Part shown: positions 17,920 to 27,532 of the stretch, one piece after another
Numbering within the stretch: the first letter of the stretch is position 1
How the letters are laid out: each line of letters opens with the position of its first letter
Assembly: GCA_045863395.1 (NCBI GenBank)
Contig: BTVJ01000059.1
Coordinates: 1-44,565, forward strand
Direction of reading: 5' to 3'
DNA length: 44,565 nt
From: Myxococcales bacterium
GTDB lineage: Bacteria > Myxococcota_A > UBA9042 > JABWCM01 > BTVJ01
The notes under the pieces: model-generated
Database searches by the model: none
What the model was told of the DNA's origin: nothing
The model's input: only the letters and a program-made list of their open reading frames with translations
Translations under genes and position numbers: made by a program

Positions 17920-19763
17920 TGGGTTCGACAGGCGAGCTGCTTCAGCGGGGAACCACGTTGCACCGTGAGGGGCGCCTCGAAGAGGCCCGGAGCGCCTATG
18001 AGGAGGCGCTGCTCCTCGCCGAGCCCGCGGGCGAGGTCGACGCGTGCCTGGCGGCCTGGAACAACCTGGGCCTCCTGCTCCAGTCCCTCGGAAGGCTGGA
18101 GGAGGCCTTCGAGCGCTTTCGCCGCGCCCGCGAGGTGTCCCTCGAGATCGGCCACCACGGCCGCGCCGCCTCGGCGCTCGGCAACATGGCGGTGGTCCTC
18201 ACGGACCTGGGCCGCACAGGCGAGGCCGCCGCCTGCCACCACGAGGCCCTGGAGCTGCACCGGCGCGGTGGCAACGCGCGGGGTGCTGCCGCACAGCTCG
18301 GAAACCTCGGCATGCTGGCGCTCGGCCGCGGCGCCGTGGACGAGGCGCGCGTGTTCCTCAACGAGGCCCTGGGGCTCTTCGGGGCCTTGAGCGATCCGCA
18401 TGGCTCGGCGACCGCCCTCGCGGGGCTCGCCGAGGTCTGTCGCGCCACCGGCGACCTCACCGGCGCGCGGGACATGTTCACCCACGCCCTCGCCAGCTTC
18501 CGGACCCTCGGCGATCCAAGCGGCCAGGCCCGCTGCCTCGCGGAGATGGGCAACCTGGACCGCGTGGCCGGGCGCCTGGAGGACGCTGCCGCCGCCTTCG
18601 AGCAGTCGCGCGCCCTGTTCGCGCGCCTCGGCGATCCGCTGGGGCGCGCCAGCGCGGAGACCAACCTCGGAAACGTCGCGGTGGCCCGCTGCGACTTCGC
18701 CGAGGCCCGGCGCCGGTACCAGGAGTCCCTCCGCCTCCATCGGCAGGTTGGCTTCCCCCGCGGTGAGGCCGGTGACCTCACGAACCTGGGCAGCGTGGAG
18801 CTTGCCCAGGGGGACCCACGGGCCGCCATGGCGTCCTGGGATGCCGCCGCCCGCATCTTCGCGGCCGTCCAGCGCCCGCGGGAGGAGGCGGCGGTGCTGG
18901 GCCTGCAAGCGCAGGCCCTTGCGGGCCAGGGGCGCTACTCCCAGGCCGAGCCGCTCCTGGAGCGTGCCCTCGGCCTGGCGACGCGGGCGCAGCACCCCGA
19001 GGGCATGGCAGTGCTCCTCGCGAACTCCGGCGCAATGGCTGCCGTCGGAGGGGATCTTCCCAGGGCGCTCGCTCTCCTGGACCGCGCCGTGGGGCTGTTC
19101 AGCAGGGCAGGGCACCCATCGGGGCTCGCGACGTGCCAGGTGGTCCGCGCCGAGGCCCTGCTCTTCGCCGGAGACCTCGAGGGCGCCGCCGCTGCCGCCC
19201 GGACCGCTGCGCGTGCCTTCGAGCGCATCGGTGACACCTCCGGTCATGCCGACGCTGCCCGGATCCTGGGCGCCATCGCCGTCGAGGGCCGGGACGCTCC
19301 CCAGGCCCTCGCGCTCCTGGACGCCGCGCGCGACGCCTACCGGGGCCTCGGCCTCCGGTCCTCCGAGCTCTCCGCGCTGACGATCCAGGCGGAGGCGCTC
19401 CTCGTTGCCGGCCGTTGGGGTGACGCGCTCGTCGTGGCCGAGCAGGCGCGCGACGGCTGGGAGGCCCTGGACTCCCCGCGAGGCGTGGCAGACGCCTGCT
19501 GTGCCGCTGGTGCGGCGCTCACCGGGGAGGAGCGATGGCAGGAGGCCGCCGAGCGCTTGGGCGTCGCGTTGGCCAGCTACGAGCAGATGGGCGTTGTTTT
19601 CGGCGCTGCTCTGGCGCTCGAGCGACTAGGAAGCCTGGAATCGGCTCGGGGTGACCTGCGGCGCGCGCGATCACGCCTGCGCGCGGCCGTTGATCTGTAC
19701 GAGCGTCACGGAGCGCGGCTGCGCGCCCAGGCCGCCGCGCGCGCCCTCGCCGTCGTCACTTGA
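17919..19763 (+). CDS. Tetratricopeptide repeat protein (40-aa TPR_12-like repeats)
   Basis: TGATG coupling; repeated A..L.NLG......G...EA.......AL......G. Confidence 0.88.
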   Translation: MGSTGELLQRGTTLHREGRLEEARSAYEEALLLAEPAGEVDACLAAWNNLGLLLQSLGRLEEAFERFRRAREVSLEIGHHGRAASALGNMAVVLTDLGRTGEAAACHHEALELHRRGGNARGAAAQLGNLGMLALGRGAVDEARVFLNEALGLFGALSDPHGSATALAGLAEVCRATGDLTGARDMFTHALASFRTLGDPSGQARCLAEMGNLDRVAGRLEDAAAAFEQSRALFARLGDPLGRASAETNLGNVAVARCDFAEARRRYQESLRLHRQVGFPRGEAGDLTNLGSVELAQGDPRAAMASWDAAARIFAAVQRPREEAAVLGLQAQALAGQGRYSQAEPLLERALGLATRAQHPEGMAVLLANSGAMAAVGGDLPRALALLDRAVGLFSRAGHPSGLATCQVVRAEALLFAGDLEGAAAAARTAARAFERIGDTSGHADAARILGAIAVEGRDAPQALALLDAARDAYRGLGLRSSELSALTIQAEALLVAGRWGDALVVAEQARDGWEALDSPRGVADACCAAGAALTGEERWQEAAERLGVALASYEQMGVVFGAALALERLGSLESARGDLRRARSRLRAAVDLYERHGARLRAQAAARALAVVT

Positions 19764-19828
19764 CGCCCAACCCTCGCGCCGACCGAGACCTTGCTCCGGA
19801 GGGCCGACCTGCGGTAATCGTGTCGCCC

Positions 19829-20254
19829 GTGAAGCAGAACCCTCACCCACGCATCGCCCTGGCGACGCTCCTCGCGGCCGCGTGTGCACCGTCTGCGGCA
19901 GAGCCCCCGCCGGCCCGGTCCCTGGGCGTCGCCCCCTCCGCCGCCATCGTGAGGCCGGCCAAGCGACACTTCGACGTGCTGGACTTTCGCGCGACGCCTG
20001 CCCCGTGGGTCTGCCTGGACGCGGAGCGTGCTGGCGATGTCTCAATCCTGGTCGTTCTGCAGGACCCGGTCATCGCGGGCGCCGTCCTGGTGACGGACCC
20101 CGACGGCGAGGTGCTCGAGACGCAGCCCATACGGCGCGGCGATGACACGGTCGAGATCCTCACCGACACGCCGGCCGGCAGCCCTGCCCTGTGCCTGCAC
20201 CTCCAGGCAACGGAGGGGGCGACGGTCTTCGAGCTGCGGTGGCGCTACCGGTAG
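19829..20254 (+). CDS. Hypothetical lipoprotein (start uncertain)
   Basis: RIALATLLAAAC lipobox-like, beta-rich mature part. Confidence 0.55.
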   Translation: MKQNPHPRIALATLLAAACAPSAAEPPPARSLGVAPSAAIVRPAKRHFDVLDFRATPAPWVCLDAERAGDVSILVVLQDPVIAGAVLVTDPDGEVLETQPIRRGDDTVEILTDTPAGSPALCLHLQATEGATVFELRWRYR

Positions 20255-20263
20255 CGCACAGGC

Positions 20264-21190
20264 TCACGGGTAGACGTAGAAGCCTCGCCCGGACTTGACC
20301 CCGAGGAACCCGTTCTCCACATAGGCGCGGAGCAGCGCCGTGGGAGCGTAGCGCGTGTCTCCCGTGGCCGTGGCCAGGGCGCTCGAGAGCTCGTAGAGGT
20401 AGTCCAGCCCCAGCAGGTCGGCGAGCTGAAGGGGGCCGACCTCGTGGACGGTGTGCAGCCGGATCGCCCGGTCGATGGACTCGATGTCCGCCTCGCCTCG
20501 GTCGAGGATGCGGAGCGCCTCACAGATCAGGGCCAGCGCGAGGCGGTCCACCAGGAACCCCGGCGCCCCTGGCGCCTCGACGACCGTCAGCCCCGCAGCA
20601 CCGAGCGCCAGGACGGTGCGATCGATGGCGTCACGGGCGACCCCGGCGGCACCGATGACCTCCACGACGGACACCTGCCAGTCGGTGAGCACCAGGTGGA
20701 TGGGCACGACGCGCGTGGGGTCCGGGGCGTAGTCGGTGAGGTCGTAGCCGTGCACCCCAGAGACGATGCTCGCGATGGGGGTCCCCGCCTCCACGGATCG
20801 GTCCAGGACGCGCAGGCCCTCGATGCGCGCTGCACGATCCGTGGGGCCCGCCTCGATGACCAGGTCATGGCCGCGCACCCGATCCGTGCCCGCGCCGATG
20901 CGGATGCGGCCGAGCACCTCACCCTGGGCCGCGGTGTCGATGAGCCCCTGCTCGACTCGCTGCTCCAGGCGCCTGGCGATCTCGTGCAGCATCTCTTCGA
21001 CGGCGCCCAGCCGCCGGTCCACGAGGGTCACCTGCACACCCCGCTCCGCCAGCGCCCGGGCAAGGTTGCGTCCGCCTCGGGACGCGCCCCAGATCGCCAT
21101 GGAGCGTGGGCGCCCCGCGCGTGCCGCATCGAGGAGCTTCGAGACGGCCTCCAGGGACATCTTCTCTGTTGCCCGGTTGTGATCCTGCAT
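20264..21190 (-). CDS. 3-hydroxyacyl-CoA dehydrogenase family protein, degenerate active site
   Basis: DLVIEA, PGFLVDRL, GPLQLADLLGLD, GFLGVKSGRGFY. Confidence 0.85.
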   Translation of the reverse strand: MQDHNRATEKMSLEAVSKLLDAARAGRPRSMAIWGASRGGRNLARALAERGVQVTLVDRRLGAVEEMLHEIARRLEQRVEQGLIDTAAQGEVLGRIRIGAGTDRVRGHDLVIEAGPTDRAARIEGLRVLDRSVEAGTPIASIVSGVHGYDLTDYAPDPTRVVPIHLVLTDWQVSVVEVIGAAGVARDAIDRTVLALGAAGLTVVEAPGAPGFLVDRLALALICEALRILDRGEADIESIDRAIRLHTVHEVGPLQLADLLGLDYLYELSSALATATGDTRYAPTALLRAYVENGFLGVKSGRGFYVYP

Positions 21191-21236
21191 GGTCGCTCCG
21201 GCGCGGGGAGGCGGTGAGGTGGCGTCAACTATGCGG

Positions 21237-21500
21237 CTAGTCGAGGATCTGCAGGACCGTCCGGCGCTTGAGCTTGGTGCCCGCGTTGGCCAGGATTGTG
21301 CGAAGCGCCTGGGCCATCCCGCCCTCGCGTCCGATCACCTTGCCGATGTCCTCTCGCGCCACGGCCAGCTCTACGACCACGGTCGTCCCGCTCTCCACGA
21401 CTGTCGCCCGGACGTCCGCCGGCGCATCGACGATCGCCCGGACCATGAACTCTACGAGATCACGAAGGATCTCTCCCTGGGACTCCACTTGCCCTTCCAT
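21237..21500 (-). CDS. khpA: KH-domain RNA-binding protein KhpA (UPF0109)
   Basis: LVEFMVRAIVD.P..V...ELAVAREDIGKVIGREG..AQALRTIL; TTGTCA-N16-TATACT upstream (21632-21605). Confidence 0.88.
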   Translation of the reverse strand: MEGQVESQGEILRDLVEFMVRAIVDAPADVRATVVESGTTVVVELAVAREDIGKVIGREGGMAQALRTILANAGTKLKRRTVLQILD

Positions 21501-21652
21501 GTCTCGTGTCACCTTCGCCTCTGGGGAGCATCGCCCGCTGTGATCCGTGGTGGGGGCGGGGCGATCCCGCGGTCAACGGTCCCGTGACGGTCCTAGCCGG
21601 ACCGAGTATAGCCGAAATGATCGCCGTGACAATCGCGGTCCCCCGGGATGGC

Positions 21653-22666
21653 TCAGTAGGTCCCCACCGCGATGGGGATCTCGATGCGCCGGCCGCCCCC
21701 CGCGAAGGGCTCCACCCGCACGCTGCCCGTGGCCTTGCGGACGCAGGAAACCAGCGCCGAGGTCACGACGCCGCCATTGAGGATGCGGACGCCTCCCACC
21801 GAGCCCTTCGGCTCCAGGCTGAACGCCAGCGTGGCGCCGCGGAACTCCGGGCGACGCTGCGCCTCGGCCGCCATGCACCCTCGCACCTTGCCGGCCACCT
21901 TGTTGGCGACCTCCTGGACCTCGCCGCTGCCGAGGGCCCGCGTGGCCCCACCCTCGTCCTCGTCGTCGAAGGACATGGTCGTGACGGTGGACCCGCTGAC
22001 CACCGCGCCGTCGCCCTGGTTGGTGTCGACCAGCGCCCCGCCGGGCTCGGGCTCACCATCCACGGTGCGGCGCCCGGGCTTGCGAATGGCGGCCTTCTCG
22101 ACCTTCTTTTCTTCGGGGAGAGGCTCCTGCTCGATGGTCAGCCTGTATCCAGTCTGCTCCGTCGGCGCGGTCCACGGCCGCACCTCGCCGAACGCGGGGT
22201 CACGGAGCATCCCCCTGGCCAGGTTGGCCGGCGCGGTCGACGCCGACGTGAGCGCCACCCACGACAGGGCCCCGACCACGCCCAGGGCGGCCAGGATCGC
22301 GACGCGGGACACCCAGCTCCTCGTCTTGTGGCCGGCGCGAACGGCGGCCTCCGCCCGCTCGTGCTCGGCGTGCTCCGTCTTGCGCTGCCTCTCTCTGGCC
22401 ACCTCGAACAGGTAGTTGGCGAACTCGGGTACGTCCCCGACGCGCACCCACCGCTGCTGGCCCTCCTCGAAGACCTGGGTGTCTTCGTCCACGTCCCCCT
22501 TCTGCATCTGCGTCCGCAGATCCTTCGGAGAGAAGGGGCCGATGTCCTTCCCATCTCGCTGATAGCGCCAGCGGGTCTTGCGCTCGAAGCGCGACGCCTG
22601 CGCGGACGCAGCCAGGTCGAGCTTCCCGGGGGCCCCTGATCCGCGTGCGTCGTTGCTGTGTCTCAT
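21653..22666 (-). CDS. GYF_2 domain, TM and AgmX/PglI C-terminal domain protein (GltJ-like)
   Basis: WRYQRDGKDIGPFS...DEDTQVF...WVRVGDVPEF; TM; C-terminal VRGC...G...L.F.LEPKGSV...LVSCV...F. Confidence 0.75.
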   Translation of the reverse strand: MRHSNDARGSGAPGKLDLAASAQASRFERKTRWRYQRDGKDIGPFSPKDLRTQMQKGDVDEDTQVFEEGQQRWVRVGDVPEFANYLFEVARERQRKTEHAEHERAEAAVRAGHKTRSWVSRVAILAALGVVGALSWVALTSASTAPANLARGMLRDPAFGEVRPWTAPTEQTGYRLTIEQEPLPEEKKVEKAAIRKPGRRTVDGEPEPGGALVDTNQGDGAVVSGSTVTTMSFDDEDEGGATRALGSGEVQEVANKVAGKVRGCMAAEAQRRPEFRGATLAFSLEPKGSVGGVRILNGGVVTSALVSCVRKATGSVRVEPFAGGGRRIEIPIAVGTY

Positions 22667-22712
22667 GCGGCCTCACCTGAGCGTCCTGGGGTGGCTCGAC
22701 TCGAAATCCAGA

Positions 22713-23150
22713 TCAGGAGGGCGGAAGCGGGGGGAGCGCCACGGTCCAGCGGTCCGCGTCACGCAGCATCCTGACGGTGGCCTCCCCTGCGTCCAGCACC
22801 ACGCGGAGCGTCGCCTCCCGCTCCGTCTGCTCCAGCACCTCGACGCGCTGGATGCGCGAGCCCGCCGGAGTGTCGCGCCCGATGAGCAGCCGATGCGGCG
22901 CCAGGCGTGCCCCCTCGGGGAGCGATGCATTCAGCAACGCCGTCCGCTCCTCCAGCGCGTCCCGCGACTCGGGGGCGAGGCGCTCCCAGAGGGCCTCTTG
23001 CAGCGCCTCCTGCGGCTCTCGCACCAGGGCGCTGGACACTCCGAAGAACTCTTCATAGGCCCGCTGGGGCGTCTCCTCCCGCCGCTCACCACATCCCGAC
23101 GTCGCCAGCATCAGGATCCCCACCGCCACGACCAGGCTTTCGGCCCACAT
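22713..23150 (-). CDS. Hypothetical lipoprotein (NTF2-like)
   Basis: GGAGG RBS, ATSGC lipobox, TPQRAYEEF...W.V. Confidence 0.7.
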   Translation of the reverse strand: MWAESLVVAVGILMLATSGCGERREETPQRAYEEFFGVSSALVREPQEALQEALWERLAPESRDALEERTALLNASLPEGARLAPHRLLIGRDTPAGSRIQRVEVLEQTEREATLRVVLDAGEATVRMLRDADRWTVALPPLPPS

Positions 23151-23297
23151 GCGTCACCAACCTCCGCCCCGCGGGGGAGGGACCAGGCGCCTCTCGGCGC
23201 TCGTCCACAGAGCACGCGCGATCTTAGCGAGGGGGCCCGCACAGCGTCAACCATTGGCGTTTGACCACGCGCCGAGCGCGTGGTAACGATGGACGCC

Positions 23298-24380
23298 ATG
23301 ACCAGGACATCGCGCGCCGCCCTGCTCACTTGCGTCGCTCTCTTCGCGCTCGGGAGCTCGTACGGGTGCGGCCAGGCTCACCCGGAGGCGGCCGCCGTCG
23401 CTGCCGTCTTCTCCTCGCTTCAGGGAGCGATCTACGAAGGAGACGCAGGCGCAGTCTGGGATCTGTCGGTCCCAGAGCTCCACGCCGAGATCCGGGCTCT
23501 GCGAGAGCGAATCGTTCGCGCGGTGGTCATCCTCGACGACATCTACTCTGCGGAGGAGGCCCGCGTCATTCGCCGCGACATCGGCGGGGATCTGCTGGAC
23601 GGCGTCGACGACGACCGCAAGTTCTTCATCGCGTTGACTGCCATGGGCACCCTCGAGCGTACTGACGAGGTGATTGCAGGGCTGCAGCACGATCCCGCCA
23701 GGATCAACGGCAACGTAGCCACCATCGAGACGCGCGGCGGTGAGACGTTCCGCTTCGTCAAGGGGGCAGACGAGGTCTGGAGGAGCGACCTGGCGCTGGA
23801 GACCTTTCGCACCTGGCCTGCGCTGAAGACCGTGCTGGCCAACCTGGATCGCGTGGACGAGAACGTTGCGGCCATGCGCCGTCAGCGGGACCTCCTGCGT
23901 GATCCCCGTACTCCCGAGGGCGCCTTCAACCTCTTCCGCGAGGCGCTGGTCGGCCAGAACGCGGAGGTCGTCTACACGCTGATCACGCCGGCCTCCCGCG
24001 AGGTGCTGCGCCAGTTCCTCGACCAGTGGGCCGCACTGCCAGAGGAGACCCGCAAGGCGGGGGTCGAGGGGCTCACCGCGGCCTGCGCCGGGGCGGCAGC
24101 ACCCGATGTCAAGGAGGTCAAGGTCCTGCTCCGGCGCCTCATGGACGCCGACGCGCTCCAGGAGCCGCTGCCCCTGACTGCGGCGGACCGCGTAGAGGAG
24201 GTGGTGCGCATCTCCGATGGCATCGTCGACGTGCGCACGACCCGCGACAAGACCCTGCGGCTCGTCCGGGGCGACAAGGACCTGTGGCGGGTCGAGGCGC
24301 TCGATGCCTGGGCCCGGTCCGCCCTCCTCGGCCCGGTCGCCCGCGTGGCCGCTACTTCACAAGACGCGAAATCACCTTGA
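23298..24380 (+). CDS. Hypothetical lipoprotein with two NTF2-like repeats
   Basis: SYGC lipobox; two related halves ending FVKGADEVWR and LVRGDKDLWR. Confidence 0.7.
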   Translation: MTRTSRAALLTCVALFALGSSYGCGQAHPEAAAVAAVFSSLQGAIYEGDAGAVWDLSVPELHAEIRALRERIVRAVVILDDIYSAEEARVIRRDIGGDLLDGVDDDRKFFIALTAMGTLERTDEVIAGLQHDPARINGNVATIETRGGETFRFVKGADEVWRSDLALETFRTWPALKTVLANLDRVDENVAAMRRQRDLLRDPRTPEGAFNLFREALVGQNAEVVYTLITPASREVLRQFLDQWAALPEETRKAGVEGLTAACAGAAAPDVKEVKVLLRRLMDADALQEPLPLTAADRVEEVVRISDGIVDVRTTRDKTLRLVRGDKDLWRVEALDAWARSALLGPVARVAATSQDAKSP

Positions 24381-24909
24381 ACGCGTCCGTGCCTGCCCGC
24401 CCCACCCACTGAAACGCCACGGCCTCGGTCGATGAGATGGCCGCCCCCATCTGGCGGGCGAGGCCCAGGCCGATCTGTCGGTTCTGGTCGGTGCGCGAGC
24501 TGACGGCGTCCGCCGCCAGGTGGACGGCGTAGCCTCGCTGCAGCAGGTCGTGCGCCGTCTGCAGGACGCAGACATGGGCCTCCATGCCGCAGAGCACCAC
24601 CGTGCGGCGACCCGTCGCGTGCAGGGCATTGGCGAACGCTGCCGCCCGCGAACAGGAGAACTCGAGCTTCTCGACGACCTGCGTCCCGGCCGGGAGCGCC
24701 TCTCGCACGCTCTCGATGGTGGAGCCCAGGCCGCGCGGGTACTGCTCCGTCACTAGGACCGGTACGCCGGTCGCCTTGGCGGCGTGCACCAGCACGGGGA
24801 CGTTGCGGGCGATGGTCGCCTGGTCCTCCGGGGTCATGGCGGCGATCAACCGCTCCTGGACGTCCACGACCACCAGGACGCTGTCGTCCGCCGCTGCGAA
24901 AAAGCTCAT
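24352..24909 (-). CDS. Isochorismatase family hydrolase
   Basis: [35 protein letters not shown]. Confidence 0.92.
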   Translation of the reverse strand: MSFFAAADDSVLVVVDVQERLIAAMTPEDQATIARNVPVLVHAAKATGVPVLVTEQYPRGLGSTIESVREALPAGTQVVEKLEFSCSRAAAFANALHATGRRTVVLCGMEAHVCVLQTAHDLLQRGYAVHLAADAVSSRTDQNRQIGLGLARQMGAAISSTEAVAFQWVGRAGTDAFKVISRLVK

Positions 24910-25328
24910 CTGCGCTCCTCCTGGCGACCCGTGGTGAGATAGGGCCGCAGCTTGTCGATGGTTCCCTCGCCGATGCCCCGGACACGCGCCAGATCATCCA
25001 AGGTCCGAAACGCGCCGTGGGCCTGCCTGTACTCCACGATGGCCCGCGCCGTCCGCTCCCCCACGCCCGGGATGGTCTCGAGGTCCTGCGCGGTCGAGGC
25101 GTTGACGTCCAGCGCCAGCCCCAGCGCCAGCCGCTGCCCCGCGTCGAGAGGCGGCAGCAGCCGCCCGAGGACACCCGTCACGCACACCGCCCCACCGGGG
25201 ACTGCCGGGTCCCGGCGCCAGCCACAGCCGGTTGGCAGCGCTCGGGCGGGGTCCGGGGGGGCCCTGGGCGTCAGGATGGCTCCCCAGAGCACTCCCACGA
25301 TGATGACGGGTCCGATGAACGCGCGCAT
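24906..25328 (-). CDS. comEA: ComEA-family helix-hairpin-helix DNA-binding protein
   Basis: [29 protein letters not shown]...GAF..LDDL..VRGIG. Confidence 0.8.
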   Translation of the reverse strand: MRAFIGPVIIVGVLWGAILTPRAPPDPARALPTGCGWRRDPAVPGGAVCVTGVLGRLLPPLDAGQRLALGLALDVNASTAQDLETIPGVGERTARAIVEYRQAHGAFRTLDDLARVRGIGEGTIDKLRPYLTTGRQEERR

Positions 25329-25376
25329 GGGCTCCTCCGGCGGCGCCCATCGGACCGCGCGGAGAGCCGTTGCGCA

Positions 25377-26630
25377 TCAGCCTGCTGGCTTGAAGGAGTC
25401 GTCCTCCCGCACCTGATCCTCGGAGAGCCCGAAGGCGTCGTGCAGCTCGCGCACGGCCAGCTCCGTGTACTTCGCGTTGATCACGCACGAGATCTTGATC
25501 TCCGAGGTGGAGATCATCTCGATGTTGACCCCGGCGCTGGCGAGGCACTGGAACATGCGCGCCGCGACGCCCGAGTGCCCGCGCATGCCCACGCCGACGA
25601 TGGACACCTTGGCGATGTCCCGGTCGAGTCGGAGGCCGGTGAACTCCAGATCGGGCTCCAGCTCCCGGATGGTCTGCGCCGCCTGCTCCAGGTCCCCCTT
25701 CGGGACCGTGAACGTCAGGTCCGTGCGGCCATCCTGGCTCGCGTTCTGGATGATCATGTCGACGACGATCTCGCGCTCCGACAGGGCCGTGAAGACCCGT
25801 GAGGCGCGGCCCGGGATGTCGGGCACGCCGAGGAGCGAGATCTTCGCCTCGTTGCGATCAAAGGCGACGGCGCTGACTACGACGTGCTCCATGCCGGGCT
25901 CCTCCTTGATGACCCATGACCCCTCGGCGTCGCTGAAGCTCGAGCGCACGTGGATGGGGACGTTGTACTTCATGGCGAACTCGACGGACCGGGTCTGGAG
26001 CACCTTGGCGCCCAGCGACGCGAGCTCCAGCATCTCCTCGTAGGAGATCCGGCTGATCTTCCGCGCCGACGGCACGACGTTGGGGTCCGTGGTGTAGACG
26101 CCGTCCACGTCCGTGTAGATCTCGCACACGTCGGCGCGCAGGGCCGCCGCCAGGGCCACCGCGGTTGTGTCCGAGCCTCCGCGCCCGAGCGTGGTCACGT
26201 TACCGTCCGCGTCCGTCCCCTGGAAGCCGGCGACCACCGCGACCTGGCCCTTCTCGATGGCGCCCAGCAGGCGAGGGGCGTCGATGCTCAGGATGCGCGC
26301 CTTGCCGTGGACGCTGTCCGTCTGGATCTGGGCCTGGTGCGCCTGGAGCGACCGCGCCGGGACGCCCCTGTCGCGCAGCGCCATGGCGAGCAGCGCCGTG
26401 GACACGGTCTCGCCCGTCGCGACCATGGCGTCCAGCTCTCGCTGGTCGGGCGTCCTGGTGAGCTCGTGCGCCAGCGCGAGCAGGCGGTTGGTCTCGCCGG
26501 CCATGGCGCTGACGGCGACGACCACGTCGTGGCCAGCCGCCTTCGTGCGCGCGATGCGGTCGGCGACCAGCCGGATGCGGTCGAGGGTACCGACGGACGT
26601 GCCGCCGTACTTCTGAACGATCAGCGCCAT
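25377..26630 (-). CDS. lysC: Aspartate kinase
   Basis: [25 protein letters not shown], two ACT domains, ISTSEIKIS. Confidence 0.97.
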   Translation of the reverse strand: MALIVQKYGGTSVGTLDRIRLVADRIARTKAAGHDVVVAVSAMAGETNRLLALAHELTRTPDQRELDAMVATGETVSTALLAMALRDRGVPARSLQAHQAQIQTDSVHGKARILSIDAPRLLGAIEKGQVAVVAGFQGTDADGNVTTLGRGGSDTTAVALAAALRADVCEIYTDVDGVYTTDPNVVPSARKISRISYEEMLELASLGAKVLQTRSVEFAMKYNVPIHVRSSFSDAEGSWVIKEEPGMEHVVVSAVAFDRNEAKISLLGVPDIPGRASRVFTALSEREIVVDMIIQNASQDGRTDLTFTVPKGDLEQAAQTIRELEPDLEFTGLRLDRDIAKVSIVGVGMRGHSGVAARMFQCLASAGVNIEMISTSEIKISCVINAKYTELAVRELHDAFGLSEDQVREDDSFKPAG

Positions 26631-27241
26631 GGCTCCTCCCTGCGAATGTCCTCGACCTTCCACCCGCCGGGCTCGCGGATCAGCGACAGGCGCCAGCCGT
26701 CGCCCTCCACCCACGCCCGATCATCGCCGCTCCGCCGAGCTGGCTCCCGCAAGGCGTCGGCGAGGGTGCGCGTCGCGCCGCTGCGGAGGAGCTCGGCGGT
26801 CGCCTCGCTCGCCAGCACTGCCCGCGCCGCAGCCTCATCCGCGCGCGCCGACGGCATGACCGTCACCAGCAGACCCGGCCGGCTGCCGTCCAGCGCACCG
26901 AGGAACGCCCGCGCGGCGCCCTCCGGTGTCGTGCCGGCGAGCGGCGGGACGACCTCCGTCACGATGCGCCCCCCCTCGGGCCCGAGCGCGACGGTGACCG
27001 CGCCCTGGTCGGAGCGCACGTCTACCAGCAGGCGCGCGGCGCTCGGCTCCCCGTCACCGAGCATCGCCCGCAAGGGGGCCAGATCCGGCTCGACTGCGTC
27101 CGGCGACACGAGGCGACGGGCGCCACGGTCGTCGCCTGCCCGCATGGCCTCGGCCCACGCTCCCGCCGCCTCTCGCGGCGTCCCAGGGGCGTGCGCGCAC
27201 CCGACGAGGACCACGAGCGCGCTAAGAGAGGCCCTCATCAT
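26621..27241 (-). CDS. Hypothetical lipoprotein (NTF2-like repeats)
   Basis: VLVGC lipobox; TPREAA and TPEGAARAF repeats; [10 protein letters not shown] end; overlaps lysC start. Confidence 0.65.
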   Translation of the reverse strand: MMRASLSALVVLVGCAHAPGTPREAAGAWAEAMRAGDDRGARRLVSPDAVEPDLAPLRAMLGDGEPSAARLLVDVRSDQGAVTVALGPEGGRIVTEVVPPLAGTTPEGAARAFLGALDGSRPGLLVTVMPSARADEAAARAVLASEATAELLRSGATRTLADALREPARRSGDDRAWVEGDGWRLSLIREPGGWKVEDIRREEPWR

Positions 27242-27461
27242 CCTTCACTGCCCGCAGGAAGCGGACCTCACCCTCGCCCTCTGTGCGGAACACCTCGATC
27301 TCCTTGACGTTGGCGAGATGGATGTAGAGGCTGGGCTCGGTCTCCTGCTCCTGGCGCAACGCGATGAAGTTGTTGGAGAACCCTTCGCAGATGCCGATGA
27401 CCGAGTCGTCCTCGTCATCGTACTGGATGACCCATATCTTCTTGCCGACGAGCCGTTCCAT
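27222..27461 (-). CDS. Small acidic hypothetical protein, possibly Sm/LSm-like fold
   Basis: GGAGG RBS; LVGKKIWV...G.C.GF...FIAL...LYIHLANVKEI pattern; high GC3. Confidence 0.7.
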   Translation of the reverse strand: MERLVGKKIWVIQYDDEDDSVIGICEGFSNNFIALRQEQETEPSLYIHLANVKEIEVFRTEGEGEVRFLRAVKDDEGLS

Positions 27462-27532
27462 GGCTGGTTGTCCTCCGGTGCCCCCTGGTGGCGGGGGCAC
27501 GAACATACAACCGGCACGGCGGGCTGTCCATG

